NCBI GenBank assembly: GCA_965649295.1 | Contig: CBFGKH010000006.1 | Coordinates: 123,639-187,638 of the forward strand | DNA length: 64,000 nt | From: a candidate division WOR-3 bacterium | GTDB lineage: Bacteria > Hydrothermota > Tepidihabitantia > Tepidihabitantales > Tepidihabitantaceae | Reading direction: 5' to 3' | Shown: positions 28,481 through 39,281 of the stretch, one piece after another | How the letters are laid out: the number at the start of each line of letters is the position of its first letter | Position numbering within the stretch: the first letter of the stretch is position 1 | Notes under the pieces: generated by a model | Databases searched by the model: none | Told to the model about the DNA's origin: nothing | The model's input: only the letters and a program-made list of their open reading frames with translations | Translations under genes and position numbers: made by a program

Positions 28481-28809
28481 AGACTAGCCGGTATCGGCTG
28501 AAGCCTATCCTGCCAGCCTGTTGCGAAGAAATCGGCCAGGACTCTCGATGGCAGCCTCTCTAGGACAGCTACCGGGAGCTGCGCTGGCCTCTCTGCTAGG
28601 CCTCGCGCAAACTCAGCCCGAAGCTCTGCCGCCGGCATTCCCGGAAACCGGTCTAGTGGCACCATCGTCAGCAGCAGCGGCAACTGGACCAAGAAGCGAG
28701 ACACTGACCGCCTCGCTGAGGTGCTCGACAGGAGCTGGGGAGACCATTCCGGGGACAGTAGAGTGGGAGTGGGTCGTATCGAGTCTAGCCGATTGACTGC
28801 TCAGAAGTT
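28481..28809 (+). repeat. 12-nt-periodic intergenic element, copy 2
   Basis: About 24 consecutive 12-mers nearly all ending R-R-S; core AGCTGGGGAGAC-CATTCCGGGGAC-AGTAGAGTGGGA; end motif CTAGCCGATTGACTGCTCAGAAGTT. Confidence 0.7.
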
Positions 28810-28996
28810 AGGCCTCGCGACCGCCGGCAACAGCCGACACCACCGATTCTCTCTGCTCCGTTTGGCCATTCAGGCAGCATAACAATAATAGGGCCGCGCT
28901 CGGGCCACTACCCGCTCGCCGCCGAAATCCAGGCCAACCTCGCTATATCGCTCAGGCCCAGGCCGGTTCCGGCTCCCAGCCGATTGCCGGCACCGC

Positions 28997-29617
28997 CTAG
29001 CCCTTGGCCTGACCGAGCCGACCGAAGTAGGCTGCTTTCTCAATCGCCCGAGCGATGTCAACCTGCTCAACATGAACACCGGGCCGAACCCGCAAGAACA
29101 CCGGCGCAAAGTTGACGATCGCCCGGACCGAAACCGCTGTCAGGGCATCGGCCACTGCCTGAGCCCGCTCGGGCGGCACCGCAATCACCCCCAGCCCTGG
29201 CCCGAGCTCGACCGCCCGACTCGGCAACTGGGCTACATCCCAGCACGGGCAACCGGCAAAAGTTCGGCCAATCTTGGCTGGGTCAATGTCAAAGGCAGCG
29301 ACAAAGTGAATCTGCGTTTGCGGCCCGCCGAAATGCTCAAGCAGGGCCCGGCCGATGTTGCCGACACCGACGAGCACTGCCGGCACGCCCGCCGGCGCAT
29401 CGAGAATCCTGGCAAAATTGTCAAGCAGGTAGCTCGTCCGGTAGCCACTGCCCGGACTTCCCTTGATGCCGGCCACCATCAGGTCGCGCCGCACCTGGGC
29501 TGGCGACACTCGGGCCAGGGCCGCGAGCTGGTGCGAAAAAACATAGGCCGGCCGAAAATCACCGAGCACCCGGCGATAGAGGATCAGCCGCTCAACTGTC
29601 CGGCTGGGAATAGTCAT
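28997..29617 (-). CDS. rex: Redox-sensing transcriptional repressor Rex
   Basis: IPSRTVERLILYRR, SPAQVRRDL, G..GSGY, VGVGNIGRAL, IVNFAP. Confidence 0.92.
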   Translation of the reverse strand: MTIPSRTVERLILYRRVLGDFRPAYVFSHQLAALARVSPAQVRRDLMVAGIKGSPGSGYRTSYLLDNFARILDAPAGVPAVLVGVGNIGRALLEHFGGPQTQIHFVAAFDIDPAKIGRTFAGCPCWDVAQLPSRAVELGPGLGVIAVPPERAQAVADALTAVSVRAIVNFAPVFLRVRPGVHVEQVDIARAIEKAAYFGRLGQAKG

Positions 29618-29730
29618 ATTGCTCACGCCGATTATAACCGCCTCCTGCCGGCGGCTGTCAAGTCGCGCCCGCACTCCTGCCCATTGACGAACTGGCCGCT
29701 GGGTGTATCTTAGAACCTTGCCCTACGGCC

Positions 29731-31059
29731 ATGAGCGAATCAGAAACTCACATCCAGGAAGACATTGACAGCGGCCTGCCCAGCGCTGCTGTCCAGATGG
29801 TGCTCGACGACCTAAAGCAACTCTGGCTGTCCGGCAAATCACTCTTCGAGGTCCTTGACGTCGTCTATGAGACAATGCGGCACATCATCCCGTTCGACCG
29901 CCTCTCGGCCGCATTCTACAACGAGGAGACCGGTCTTGTTGTCTCCCGCTGGGTACGCAGCAGCCTGCCCGTCCAACACGTCGGCAAAGGCTACTGGGCC
30001 GAACTGAAAGGCTCGTCGCTTGAGCCGATTCTGCGCACCGGCCAGCCGCGCATCATCAATGACCTCGAAAAGTACCTAATCGAGCATCCCGATTCCCGCG
30101 CCACTCAAGACATCCTCAAGGACGGCATTCGCTCCAACCTCACCTGTCCGCTTACTGCCGGCGGCCGGCCCATCGGCTTCCTCTTCTTTGCCTCGACGCG
30201 ACCGGCAACCTACCGCCGCGAGCATATCGAGACATTCCAGGCCGTTGCCGAATCGCTCTCGCTGGCCGTGGAGAAGGTCAAATACATTGACGACCTTGAA
30301 CAGGCCAAACGCAACTACGCCCAGCTCCTCTTCTTTGTCGCCCACGAACTTAAGTCCCCGCTCTCCGCCATCGTCACGCTCGGCGACACGCTGCTGGGCG
30401 GCTATCTCGGCCAGCTCACCCCGGCCCAAGCCGACAAGGTTCGCCGGATGGTCGCCAACTCCAACTACCTCATCAACCTTGTCCGCGACTACCTTGACCT
30501 GGCCCAGATTGAAGCCGGCGAGATGAGCTACCATCCACAGCCGGCCGTTGACCTGGTCGAGGACGTCTTCCGACCCGTGCTCGACATCCAGGCGCCGTCG
30601 GCCCAACAGCGCCGGATGCGCATCGAGACCGACCTCGAATACCTCACTGCGCCCTGCGACCCCCAGCTTATCAAGGTCGTCGCCAACAACCTGCTCAGCA
30701 ACGCCATCAAGTATGGTCGCGAGGGCGGCACCATCACCGTTCGGCTGGTGCGCCGGGCCTACTCCGACTTCACCGCTGCCGGCCGCGTCGAACGGGCTTG
30801 GTGGGCGGTTTTCTCGGTACGCAACGATGGTGTCGGCTTCACCCCAGAACAGAAACAGCAACTCTTTGCCCGGTTCCGCCGCCTCCACAACCCTGAGCAC
30901 AAAGGCGTTGCCGGCTCCGGTCTCGGCCTCTATATCTCGCGCCAAATAATAGTCAAGCACGGCGGCGAGATTACCGCCGACTCCGAACCCGGCGAGTGGG
31001 CCGAGTTCCGCTTCCGCATCCCGCTCCGGCAGGAATCGCCGGCCAGCCCAATTACCTAG
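29731..31059 (+). CDS. GAF-domain cytoplasmic sensor histidine kinase
   Basis: GAF (SNLTCPLTAGGRPIGFL), HELKSPL, NLLSNAIKY, GSGLGL. Confidence 0.92.
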   Translation: MSESETHIQEDIDSGLPSAAVQMVLDDLKQLWLSGKSLFEVLDVVYETMRHIIPFDRLSAAFYNEETGLVVSRWVRSSLPVQHVGKGYWAELKGSSLEPILRTGQPRIINDLEKYLIEHPDSRATQDILKDGIRSNLTCPLTAGGRPIGFLFFASTRPATYRREHIETFQAVAESLSLAVEKVKYIDDLEQAKRNYAQLLFFVAHELKSPLSAIVTLGDTLLGGYLGQLTPAQADKVRRMVANSNYLINLVRDYLDLAQIEAGEMSYHPQPAVDLVEDVFRPVLDIQAPSAQQRRMRIETDLEYLTAPCDPQLIKVVANNLLSNAIKYGREGGTITVRLVRRAYSDFTAAGRVERAWWAVFSVRNDGVGFTPEQKQQLFARFRRLHNPEHKGVAGSGLGLYISRQIIVKHGGEITADSEPGEWAEFRFRIPLRQESPASPIT

Positions 31060-31111
31060 TCAGTCGCGCCGCACTTGACTGCTGCCCGCTCCAACCGTAA
31101 CCTGAAACACT

Positions 31112-31498
31112 ATGGCCAAGGCGAAGATTCTGGTTGTTGACGACGAGCCGCCGCTGCGCCTGCTCGTCCAGAAGATTCTTGAGCTCGACGGCTACGCCGT
31201 CAAGACGGCGGCCAGCGGCATGGACGCACTAAAGGAAGTCCGCCGTGAGCAGCCCGACCTGGTCATTCTCGACCTCTCCATGCCCGGCATTGACGGCTTC
31301 GCCACCTGCTCGATGCTCAAACGCGACTCCAACTTCCGCGCCCCGGTCATTGTTCTTTCGGCCCGCATCGGCGAGCGGGACATCCTCCAGGCCAAAGAGG
31401 CTGGCTGCGATGCCTTCATCCATAAGCCAGTCAAACGCGAAGAACTGCTCGCCAAGGTCGCCGAGCTCTTGGCCGCCAAACCGACCCCGGCCGAATAG
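31112..31498 (+). CDS. Single-domain response regulator (CheY-like)
   Basis: ILVVDDE, DLVILDLSMPGIDG, LSA, KP. Confidence 0.92.
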   Translation: MAKAKILVVDDEPPLRLLVQKILELDGYAVKTAASGMDALKEVRREQPDLVILDLSMPGIDGFATCSMLKRDSNFRAPVIVLSARIGERDILQAKEAGCDAFIHKPVKREELLAKVAELLAAKPTPAE

Positions 31499-31502
31499 CC
31501 GC

Positions 31503-32072
31503 CTAGGCCTGGTCTCGCAGTCGCTTTGCTAGTTCCCGGCCGTAGGCCAAGGCCTGTTCGCGAATGAGTCGGTTCTTACGCAGCGCCGGCAGATTCGGAC
31601 AGTTGGCCACCACGTGCTGGCCTAAGTAATCCACCCCGACAAACCGGGCCGTGGCCGCGAACATGTGAACTGCCAGGTCAGCACCGTCAAAGTGGTCACC
31701 GCCGGCGGTCAGCACCAAGGCCCACTTACTACCGCGCAACAGCCCTTCACCGGTCATCAGGGCAAACGTGCGGTCGAGCACGGTCTTGGTCTGAGCAGTG
31801 ACGTTCCAGCAGAAAATCGGGCTCGCCCAGATGACGAGGTCAGCGTCCACGAGCTTGTCGTAAAGCTCGACCATATCATCTTCCTGGGCACAGCCAGCCG
31901 CCTGCTTCGACTTGGTGCAAGTGAGACACTCAACACAACCGTTGATATTAAGCTCACAAATACGGACCCGTTCGGCCCGTATCCCGCGACCCATGCCGGC
32001 AATCACCCAGTCCAGCACCGTGGCGGTGTTGCCCTGCCGCGGGCTGCCTTCGAGTACCAGTACCTTCTTCAT
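31503..32072 (-). CDS. Flavodoxin-family / iron-sulfur flavoprotein
   Basis: GSPRQGNT, CVECLTC...C, ASPIF. Confidence 0.88.
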   Translation of the reverse strand: MKKVLVLEGSPRQGNTATVLDWVIAGMGRGIRAERVRICELNINGCVECLTCTKSKQAAGCAQEDDMVELYDKLVDADLVIWASPIFCWNVTAQTKTVLDRTFALMTGEGLLRGSKWALVLTAGGDHFDGADLAVHMFAATARFVGVDYLGQHVVANCPNLPALRKNRLIREQALAYGRELAKRLRDQA

Positions 32073-32177
32073 TTGGCTGCTCCTCTCGGTTCTGGTTCAA
32101 TCATCCTGCCGCCTTGGGCCAAGTCAATCGCTGCCGGCGCGAATTGACTAGCCAGTCCGAACCGCTATATCTCTTGC

Positions 32178-32930
32178 GTGCCCGCTGCCAAGCGACCACT
32201 CATCCTACTGACCAACGACGACGGCATCGAGGCCCCTGGCCTCCGCGACCTCTATGCCGGCCTGCGCAACCTGGGTCGGGTCTGGGTCGTGGCTCCGGCT
32301 GTCAACCAGTCCGCTTCCAGCCATTCCTTCAGCCTCCGTAAGCCGATTCGGGTCTGGCGCCTCCGGCCGCGCTGGCTGGCAGTCCACGGCACCCCCACCG
32401 ACTGTCTCTTGATATCCCATCACGGCATCCTCCGGCGAGAGATTGACCTAGTCTTCTCCGGCATCAACGACAGCCCCAATCTCGGTGACGACGTCCTCTA
32501 CTCCGGGACGGTCGCCGCTGCCATCGAAGGCACAATGCTCGGTATGCCGTCGGTCGCGGTCTCCTATGTCAACGCCGGCAGCAACCGCGACGTTGCCCTG
32601 CGACTGCTGCGCGGCCTGGTACCACTGCTCCTGGACGGCATTCTGCCCAAGAAATCGCTGCTCAATATCAACATCCCGGCTGAGCCGGTCAAGGGCATCC
32701 GGGTCACCCGCCTGGGCAAGCGCATCTACCGCGACATGGCCATCAAGCACTCGCTGCCTGACGGCGCGGTCTCTTGGACAATTGACGGCGAGATGGGTTT
32801 TGATCACGTGCCCGGCTCGGACTTTGAGGCGGTTTACTCCGGCTTTGTCTCCATCACCCCGCTCCACCTTGACATGACCCATCACGCCGAAATCGCCCGG
32901 CTGCAGAAGGTGTTGGGCCGGCTGCTTTGA
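32178..32930 (+). CDS. surE: 5'/3'-nucleotidase SurE
   Basis: LLTNDDG, GTPTDC, SGINDSPNLG, YSGTVAAA. Confidence 0.95.
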   Translation: MPAAKRPLILLTNDDGIEAPGLRDLYAGLRNLGRVWVVAPAVNQSASSHSFSLRKPIRVWRLRPRWLAVHGTPTDCLLISHHGILRREIDLVFSGINDSPNLGDDVLYSGTVAAAIEGTMLGMPSVAVSYVNAGSNRDVALRLLRGLVPLLLDGILPKKSLLNINIPAEPVKGIRVTRLGKRIYRDMAIKHSLPDGAVSWTIDGEMGFDHVPGSDFEAVYSGFVSITPLHLDMTHHAEIARLQKVLGRLL

Positions 32931-32963
32931 CACTCGGCCCGCTGCCTCTATAATTCCGCCACC

Positions 32964-33509
32964 ATGACACGTCAAGAGGCTTGGGCACTGGTCCAGTCGC
33001 GGGTGCAGAACCGCAACCTGCAAAAGCACATGCTCGCAACCGAGGCCTGCCTGCGCGGTCTTGCCCGCCGCCTGGGCGAGGACGAAGAACTGTGGGGCTT
33101 GGCCGGACTCCTCCACGACGTTGACTACGAGGAGACCAAAAACGACACCTCCCAACACGGCATCCTTGGCGCCGAGTTGCTCCAGTCGCTCGGCATCGAG
33201 CCGGCCGTCGTCCATGCCGTCCGCGCCCATGTCGGCAACGTGCCGATTACCTCAAAGCTCGATCGGGCACTCTTTGCTGCCGACCCGATAACCGGGTTGA
33301 TTGTCGCGGCGGCGCTGATGCACCCGACCAAGCGGCTGGCCAACGTTGACACTGACTTCGTGCTTCGCCGTTACCAAGAGAAGAAATTCGCGGCCGGGGC
33401 CAACCGCGAGCAGATTGCCACCTGCTCCGAACTCGGCTTCAGCCTTGCCGACTTTACCGCCATCTGCCTCGCGGCGATGCAGACCGTCGCCGCCGACCTG
33501 GGACTCTGA
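32964..33509 (+). CDS. HD-domain (HDIG) protein
   Basis: KHMLA, GLLHDVDYE, ADPITGLI, KFAAGANRE. Confidence 0.88.
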   Translation: MTRQEAWALVQSRVQNRNLQKHMLATEACLRGLARRLGEDEELWGLAGLLHDVDYEETKNDTSQHGILGAELLQSLGIEPAVVHAVRAHVGNVPITSKLDRALFAADPITGLIVAAALMHPTKRLANVDTDFVLRRYQEKKFAAGANREQIATCSELGFSLADFTAICLAAMQTVAADLGL

Positions 33510-33578
33510 TGCCCCGCCTCCAGCTTCGCCTTCTCATTCACCATCTGGCATTCTGCAGCTTGCCCTTTGGCCGCTGAC

Positions 33579-34442
33579 ATGGCATCGCTTTCGTTCCAGG
33601 ACATCATTCTCCGGCTCCAGACCTACTGGGCCGAACGCGGTTGCGCCATCCTCGCGCCCTACAACTCCGAGGTCGGCGCCGGCACCTTCAACCCCGCCAC
33701 CTTCATCCGCGTCCTCGATTCGCAGCCGTGGAACGTCGTCTATTGTGAACCGTCCAAGCGACCCCGCGATGGCCGCTATGCCCAGAACCCGCTCCGGGTT
33801 CAGCAGTTCTGGCAGTTGCAGGTGATACTCAAGCCGGCACCGGCCGATGTTCAGGACCAATACTTGCACAGCCTTGCCGCCATCGGCATTGACCTCAAGG
33901 CCAACGACATCCGCTTCACTGAGGACGACTGGGAATCACCCACTCTCGGCGCCTGGGGCCTGGGCTGGCAGGTCGAACTGAACGGCATCGAGATTACCCA
34001 GTTCACCTACTTCCAACAGTGCGGCAGTATTGACCTGAGAATAATTCCGGTCGAAATCACCTACGGTCTGGAGCGGATTGCGATGTTTGTCCAGAACGTT
34101 GACTCTATCTTCGCTGTCCGTTGGAACGACAAGCTGACCTGGGGCGACGTCTATCGGTTGAATGAAGAGGAGTTCTCAAAGTTCAACTTCGAGGAGGCCG
34201 ATGTTGACCTCTACCGGACAATGTTCGACCGCTTCGAGGCCGAGGCCCAGCGCCTGCTCAAGCTCGGCCTGGTGATGCCCGGCTACGACCACGTCATCAA
34301 GTGCTCCCACTTCTTCAACCTGCTCGAGGCCCGCGGCGCCATCTCGGTCTCCGAGCGCCGCAACTACATCAACCGGGTCCGGCGCCTGGCCCGCCTCACC
34401 GCCACCACCTACCTGCAAAAGGTCGAGCCCGAGAACAAGTAG
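33579..34442 (+). CDS. glyQ: Glycine--tRNA ligase alpha subunit
   Basis: [48 protein letters not shown]. Confidence 0.97.
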   Translation: MASLSFQDIILRLQTYWAERGCAILAPYNSEVGAGTFNPATFIRVLDSQPWNVVYCEPSKRPRDGRYAQNPLRVQQFWQLQVILKPAPADVQDQYLHSLAAIGIDLKANDIRFTEDDWESPTLGAWGLGWQVELNGIEITQFTYFQQCGSIDLRIIPVEITYGLERIAMFVQNVDSIFAVRWNDKLTWGDVYRLNEEEFSKFNFEEADVDLYRTMFDRFEAEAQRLLKLGLVMPGYDHVIKCSHFFNLLEARGAISVSERRNYINRVRRLARLTATTYLQKVEPENK

Positions 34443-34525
34443 TTCCGCACCTGCCAACCGTCCGGTCCGGCCTGTCCTAGCTCTTCGCCATGCTGACTTG
34501 GTGCTGAACCGCCGCCACAAAAGCC

Positions 34526-34554
34526 GATGCCCGCCGACCCAAGCGGCGGGCATC
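34526..34554. terminator. Stem-loop between convergent glyQ and clpB
   Basis: GATGCCCGCCG-acccaag-CGGCGGGCATC. Confidence 0.6.
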
Positions 34555-34755
34555 CTGACGTTCTGTAACAACTGCCGCTGGGAGAGTTACCATCGTCTCT
34601 CCCGGTCATCCCGAAAACCCTGTTCTCGGGAATCTCCTGCTGTCCGACCTCCCTGAGGCCGGAACTAGCCAGCGGTCAAATGGCGTCGGGAGCGGGGAAA
34701 CAAGGGGGTTATTTTTGGTGGGTTGGGAAGGAGGGATACCCGCTCCCGACAAATC

Positions 34756-37323
34756 TTACACTCCCGATTGTGCGCCCGAGGGCGAAAGAACGATCCGGCC
34801 ATCCTCAACCGACACTCTTACCTCGGTCGGTCGGTCGCGAAGTATCAGCTCTGCGAGCGGATTCTCCAGCAGCCGTTGGATTGTACGCTTGAGAGGTCGT
34901 GCACCGAAATCAGGGTCATAGCCTTCCTTCGCAAGAACGGCCTCAGCGTCATGACCGATTATAAGGCTCACCCCTTCGGCTGTCAAGCTCGCCTTTAGCC
35001 GAGCAAGCTGGATATCAACAATCTTGCGAATGTCATCGCGCGTCAGCGGATTGAACACAACAATCTCGTCAATCCGGTTGAGAAACTCCGGCCGGAAGTG
35101 CTGACGCAATAGCGGCATGATCTCCTCGCGAGCAACCCGGCCGCCCCGGGCAAGCTCGGTCCCGATGTTTGAGGTCATGATGATAATCGTATTCTTGAAG
35201 TCAACGGTGCGACCATGACCATCGGTCAGCCGACCGTCGTCAAGAATCTGTAGTAGCACGTTGAAGACATCAGGATGCGCCTTCTCAATCTCATCGAGCA
35301 GCACAACCCGATAGGGCCGGCGTCGCACTGCCTCGGTCAGCTGGCCGCCTTCCTCAAACCCGACGTAGCCCGGTGGCGCGCCAATCAACCGCGAGACTGT
35401 GTGCCGTTCGCCGTATTCGGACATATCAATCCGAACCATCGCCTCTTCGGTATCAAACAGCACCTGGGCAAGAGTTCGAGCCAGCTCGGTCTTGCCCACG
35501 CCGGTTGGCCCGAGGAAGATGAACGAGCCAATCGGCCGCTTCGCATCGCCAATCCCGGCTCGGGCCCGGCGAATCGCGTTGGCCACCGCGCTCACCGCCT
35601 CATCCTGGCCAACCACCCGCTTGTGAATCTCCTCCTCCAGCCGCAGTAACTTCTGCCGCTCCGATTCAAGCAGGCTCTGCAAGGGAATCCCGGTCCACTT
35701 GGCAACAACCTCGGCGATGTCCTCCTCGGTCACCTGCTCGCGCAGCAGGCGGTTGCCCTTCTCCTTCGCCTTAATCTCGGCCAGCCGCTTGCGCAGCTCG
35801 GCCAGTCGGCCGTACTCCAGCTCGGCTGCGCGATTGAGGTCATACTTCCGCTTGGCGGCCTCGACCTCGTTCGTCACGCGCTCAATCTCCTCCTGCAGCC
35901 GCGAAAGCTCCTCAACCTCCCGGCGCTCGGTTTCCCATTGGGCGGTGAGTCGGCGCTGCTCCTCGCGCAGGTTGCCAATCTCCCTTTCGATTTCGGCCAG
36001 CCGCTGCTGCGACGCCTCATCCTTATCGCGTGCTAGCGATAGTTTCTCCATCTCCAGTTGCAGCAGCTTGCGGTCAACCTCGTCAAGCTCCACCGGCTTC
36101 GAGGTAATCTCCATCTTCAGCTTGGCCATCGCCTCATCAACGAGGTCAATCGCCTTGTCCGGCAGGAAGCGGTCAGAGATGTAACGGTTGGAGAGCACCG
36201 CGGCCGCCACCAGTGCCGCATCGGTAATCTGGACGCCGTGGTGCACCTCATACCGCTCCTTCAGGCCCCGCAGAATCGAAATCGTCTCCTCAACTGTCGG
36301 TTGGTCAACAAAGACCGGCTGGAATCGGCGCTCCAGCGCCTTGTCCTTCTCGATGTACTGCCGATACTCATCGAGCGTTGTCGCGCCGATTGTCCGCAGC
36401 TCGCCCCGAGCCAGCATCGGCTTGAGGATGTTGCCGGCGTCAACCGCGCCCTCGGCCTTGCCCGCTCCGACAACCGTGTGCAGCTCGTCAATAAAGAGGA
36501 TGATGCGGCCATCCGACGCCGCCACTTCCTTCAACACCGCCTTGAGCCGATTCTCAAACTCGCCGCGATACTTGGCCCCGGCAATCAAGGCCCCCATGTC
36601 CAGCGCCACGAGCTTCCGGTCCTTCAGGCTCTCCGGCACATCGCCGCGCACAATCCGCTGCGCCAGACCCTCGACAATCGCGGTCTTGCCCACTCCGGCC
36701 TCGCCGATTAGCACCGGGTTGTTCTTGGTGCGGCGCGAGAGCACCTGAATCACTCGCCGGATTTCATCGTCGCGGCCAATCACCGGGTCAAGCTTGCCCT
36801 CGCGGGCCAGTTGGGTTACATCGCGACCAAATTTGTCGAGCGGCTGATACCGCTCCTCTGCTGCCTGGTCAGTCACCCGCTGACTACCGCGCAGCTCCCG
36901 CAGCGCCCCGAGCACCTTATACTCGTCAATGCCAAAGTGCCGCAGAATCGCTGGCAGGTCACCGTCGTTGATTCCCAGCAACCCGAGCAGCAGATGCTCG
37001 GTCGAGACATACTCGTCCTTGAGCTTCTTCGCCGCTTCCTCGGCCGCGGCGAGCGCCCGCTGGGCTCGGGTTGACAGATAGAGCTGGCCGCTGCCACCAG
37101 TTACCCTTGGTCGGCGGCCCAGTGCGGTTTCAAGATGCTCCGCCACCTGCCGGGGCTGCACCCCAACTCTGGTCAAGAGCTGGGGAATCAAGCCGTCAGT
37201 CTGCTCGACGAGCGCGAGCAGGATGTGCTCGGCATCAATCTCGTTGTGCTGTCGGCGCTGGGCAAGCGCCTGAGCAGAGACCAACGCCTCCTGCGCCTTC
37301 TCGGTAAATCGTTCAATGTTCAT
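34756..37323 (-). CDS. clpB: Chaperone ClpB
   Basis: Two AAA modules ([16 protein letters not shown]), coiled-coil middle domain, GAPPGYVG. Confidence 0.97.
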   Translation of the reverse strand: MNIERFTEKAQEALVSAQALAQRRQHNEIDAEHILLALVEQTDGLIPQLLTRVGVQPRQVAEHLETALGRRPRVTGGSGQLYLSTRAQRALAAAEEAAKKLKDEYVSTEHLLLGLLGINDGDLPAILRHFGIDEYKVLGALRELRGSQRVTDQAAEERYQPLDKFGRDVTQLAREGKLDPVIGRDDEIRRVIQVLSRRTKNNPVLIGEAGVGKTAIVEGLAQRIVRGDVPESLKDRKLVALDMGALIAGAKYRGEFENRLKAVLKEVAASDGRIILFIDELHTVVGAGKAEGAVDAGNILKPMLARGELRTIGATTLDEYRQYIEKDKALERRFQPVFVDQPTVEETISILRGLKERYEVHHGVQITDAALVAAAVLSNRYISDRFLPDKAIDLVDEAMAKLKMEITSKPVELDEVDRKLLQLEMEKLSLARDKDEASQQRLAEIEREIGNLREEQRRLTAQWETERREVEELSRLQEEIERVTNEVEAAKRKYDLNRAAELEYGRLAELRKRLAEIKAKEKGNRLLREQVTEEDIAEVVAKWTGIPLQSLLESERQKLLRLEEEIHKRVVGQDEAVSAVANAIRRARAGIGDAKRPIGSFIFLGPTGVGKTELARTLAQVLFDTEEAMVRIDMSEYGERHTVSRLIGAPPGYVGFEEGGQLTEAVRRRPYRVVLLDEIEKAHPDVFNVLLQILDDGRLTDGHGRTVDFKNTIIIMTSNIGTELARGGRVAREEIMPLLRQHFRPEFLNRIDEIVVFNPLTRDDIRKIVDIQLARLKASLTAEGVSLIIGHDAEAVLAKEGYDPDFGARPLKRTIQRLLENPLAELILRDRPTEVRVSVEDGRIVLSPSGAQSGV

Positions 37324-37568
37324 AGTTCATCTATTAGACTGCACTTATCTATCGGCGTTGCAGTCCCGTCACCCTGACCCCGTCGCGCCGGCAGACATGA
37401 ACCAGTAATTGCTATTGACAAGCGTCTGGCTGCAACTTACCATCGAGAGCAGCCTACCGCTATCAGCGGTAAGGGGTGTAAATGTCTTTTCTTTGCCCGG
37501 GCCGACCGGTCGCAGCAACCCAAGCTCGGCCGTGGGGGATGACGACGCTCCGCCCGAAGGGAGGAACT

Positions 37569-39119
37569 ATGCATCGCAACCTGGCAGTCTGCCTGCTGAC
37601 TGGCCTGATTGCGGTCAGCGCCCAGGCCATTGACACGGTCTGGGTCAGAACCTACCACCACTATTCCGAAGACCGACCCTATGCCATGACCGTTGACGGT
37701 TCCGGTAATGTCTATCTGGCTGGCTTCCGGGTCGGTCCGGGTACTGGTTGGGACTTCCTCTGTATCAAATACCGGCCCAATGGCGACACCGCCTGGGTGC
37801 GCAGCTACGAGGGCCAGGATGCCAAGTTGTTCGCAGTCGACATTGACCCAGCTGGCAACGTCTATGCCGGCGGGTTTTCCAATTTTGTCGGCGAGTTTGA
37901 CTACACCACTGTCAAGTATGACCCCAACGGCAACCAGCTCTGGTTGCGTCGCTACGAGCGTCAACCCCAAAGTAACGACCATCTTTGGGCACTTTGCGTT
38001 GACGACTCCGGTTATTGCTACGTCACCGGCGACTGCTATAACGGCCCCGATCCGGTTGACGGCGCAGTCATCAAGTACAAGCCCAATGGTGACACCGCTT
38101 GGGTGCGGCACGGGCCGGGCCCGCGCAATCAGAATGTTGCCATTGCCGTTGATGATTCCGGCAATGTCTATGTGACCGGGACCTGCATTGTTGACCGCGA
38201 TCGCCCCTGGACCAGCGGATTCTGGACCGCAAAGTACCGGCCGAACGGCGACACCGCTTGGGTGCGGCGCTGGTTTGGCCCGCGCAACCGGGCTGGTGCC
38301 AATGCGCTGGCCCTGGACAGTTCTGGTGTTGTCGTCGTCGGCTGGTGCTACGACGCTAACTACAACTACGACTGGGGAGTCATCAAATACAGCTTGGCCG
38401 GCGATTCGCTCTGGGCCGATGTAGTGAACGAGCCCTGGGACAACTATGAAGAAGGTCGCCGGGTGGCCCTTGACTCGCTGGGCAACGCCTTTGTCACCGG
38501 CACCGCTAGCAACGGCCCCAGCTCATTTATCATGACCGCCAAGTATGACACGGTCGGCAATCGGGGATGGCTTGTCATCCACGGTGACACGACCAGCTCT
38601 CCCTCTGACATCCCCGCCGACATCGTCACCGACGCAGCGGGCAATTGCTACATCTGCGGCCCGAGCGTGAGCAGTGCTCACGGTAGTTCAATCGTCACCT
38701 TGAAGTACGGGCCTGACGGCCGCGAGGTCTGGCACGCCTACTACCAACCGCCCCATGACGGTGCCGATGCCTGTGGCATTAGGCTGGCCGGCCCAAACTA
38801 CGTCTATGTTGCCGGCGCCGGCCTGTATCCCGGCCGCTACTGGGACTGCGTGACCATCAAGTATGACCAGACGCTCGGCATCGCCGTGCCCGGCACCGCA
38901 TTGCCAGCGTCGCATCCTGGGCCAACCGTCTTTCGCCGCAGCCTCAATTTGCCTCCTGCTGGCTGCCAGCGAGCATCTCGTGTTCCTCTGCTCGACCTAT
39001 CTGGCCGGCGCGTCCTGACGCTGCGGCCCGGTTCCAACGATGTCAGCCAGCTTGCTCCCGGCATCTACTTCGTCCGCACCGACCAGTCGCAGTTCTATCG
39101 GGTTGTCATAACGAAATAG
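37569..39119 (+). CDS. Secreted SBBP-repeat beta-propeller protein with a T9SS-like CTD
   Basis: Signal peptide; repeated VDxSGNVY...KYxPNGDTAW; C-terminal DLSGRRV...LAPGIYF. Confidence 0.85.
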   Translation: MHRNLAVCLLTGLIAVSAQAIDTVWVRTYHHYSEDRPYAMTVDGSGNVYLAGFRVGPGTGWDFLCIKYRPNGDTAWVRSYEGQDAKLFAVDIDPAGNVYAGGFSNFVGEFDYTTVKYDPNGNQLWLRRYERQPQSNDHLWALCVDDSGYCYVTGDCYNGPDPVDGAVIKYKPNGDTAWVRHGPGPRNQNVAIAVDDSGNVYVTGTCIVDRDRPWTSGFWTAKYRPNGDTAWVRRWFGPRNRAGANALALDSSGVVVVGWCYDANYNYDWGVIKYSLAGDSLWADVVNEPWDNYEEGRRVALDSLGNAFVTGTASNGPSSFIMTAKYDTVGNRGWLVIHGDTTSSPSDIPADIVTDAAGNCYICGPSVSSAHGSSIVTLKYGPDGREVWHAYYQPPHDGADACGIRLAGPNYVYVAGAGLYPGRYWDCVTIKYDQTLGIAVPGTALPASHPGPTVFRRSLNLPPAGCQRASRVPLLDLSGRRVLTLRPGSNDVSQLAPGIYFVRTDQSQFYRVVITK

Positions 39120-39281
39120 CAGCAGCTTGATTTTGCCGCCGGCCCGCCTTGACCGGCGTATTACCAGTAATATACTAATTTGTCAGATTTTGGGCTACAT
39201 CCCGATATCAAGGAACTAGGCCAGTTTGTCGGCGGGTGTGAGCGCACCTGCCCTAAGGACCTATAGTCTGAGGAGGCTGTG

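Noticed and set aside
33579..34442. glyQ without an adjacent glyS as a novelty
   Set aside because: Separated glyQ and glyS loci occur in many bacteria; glyS is probably elsewhere.
34560..34750. Fourth copy of the 12-nt-periodic element
   Set aside because: Some units look similar (catcccgaaaac), but phasing is inconsistent and the conserved core and end motif were not found.
37445..37565. Riboswitch (c-di-AMP or c-di-GMP) in the leader of the SBBP protein gene
   Set aside because: There is a hairpin (TACCGCT/AGCGGTA), but no convincing match to the conserved aptamer nucleotides.
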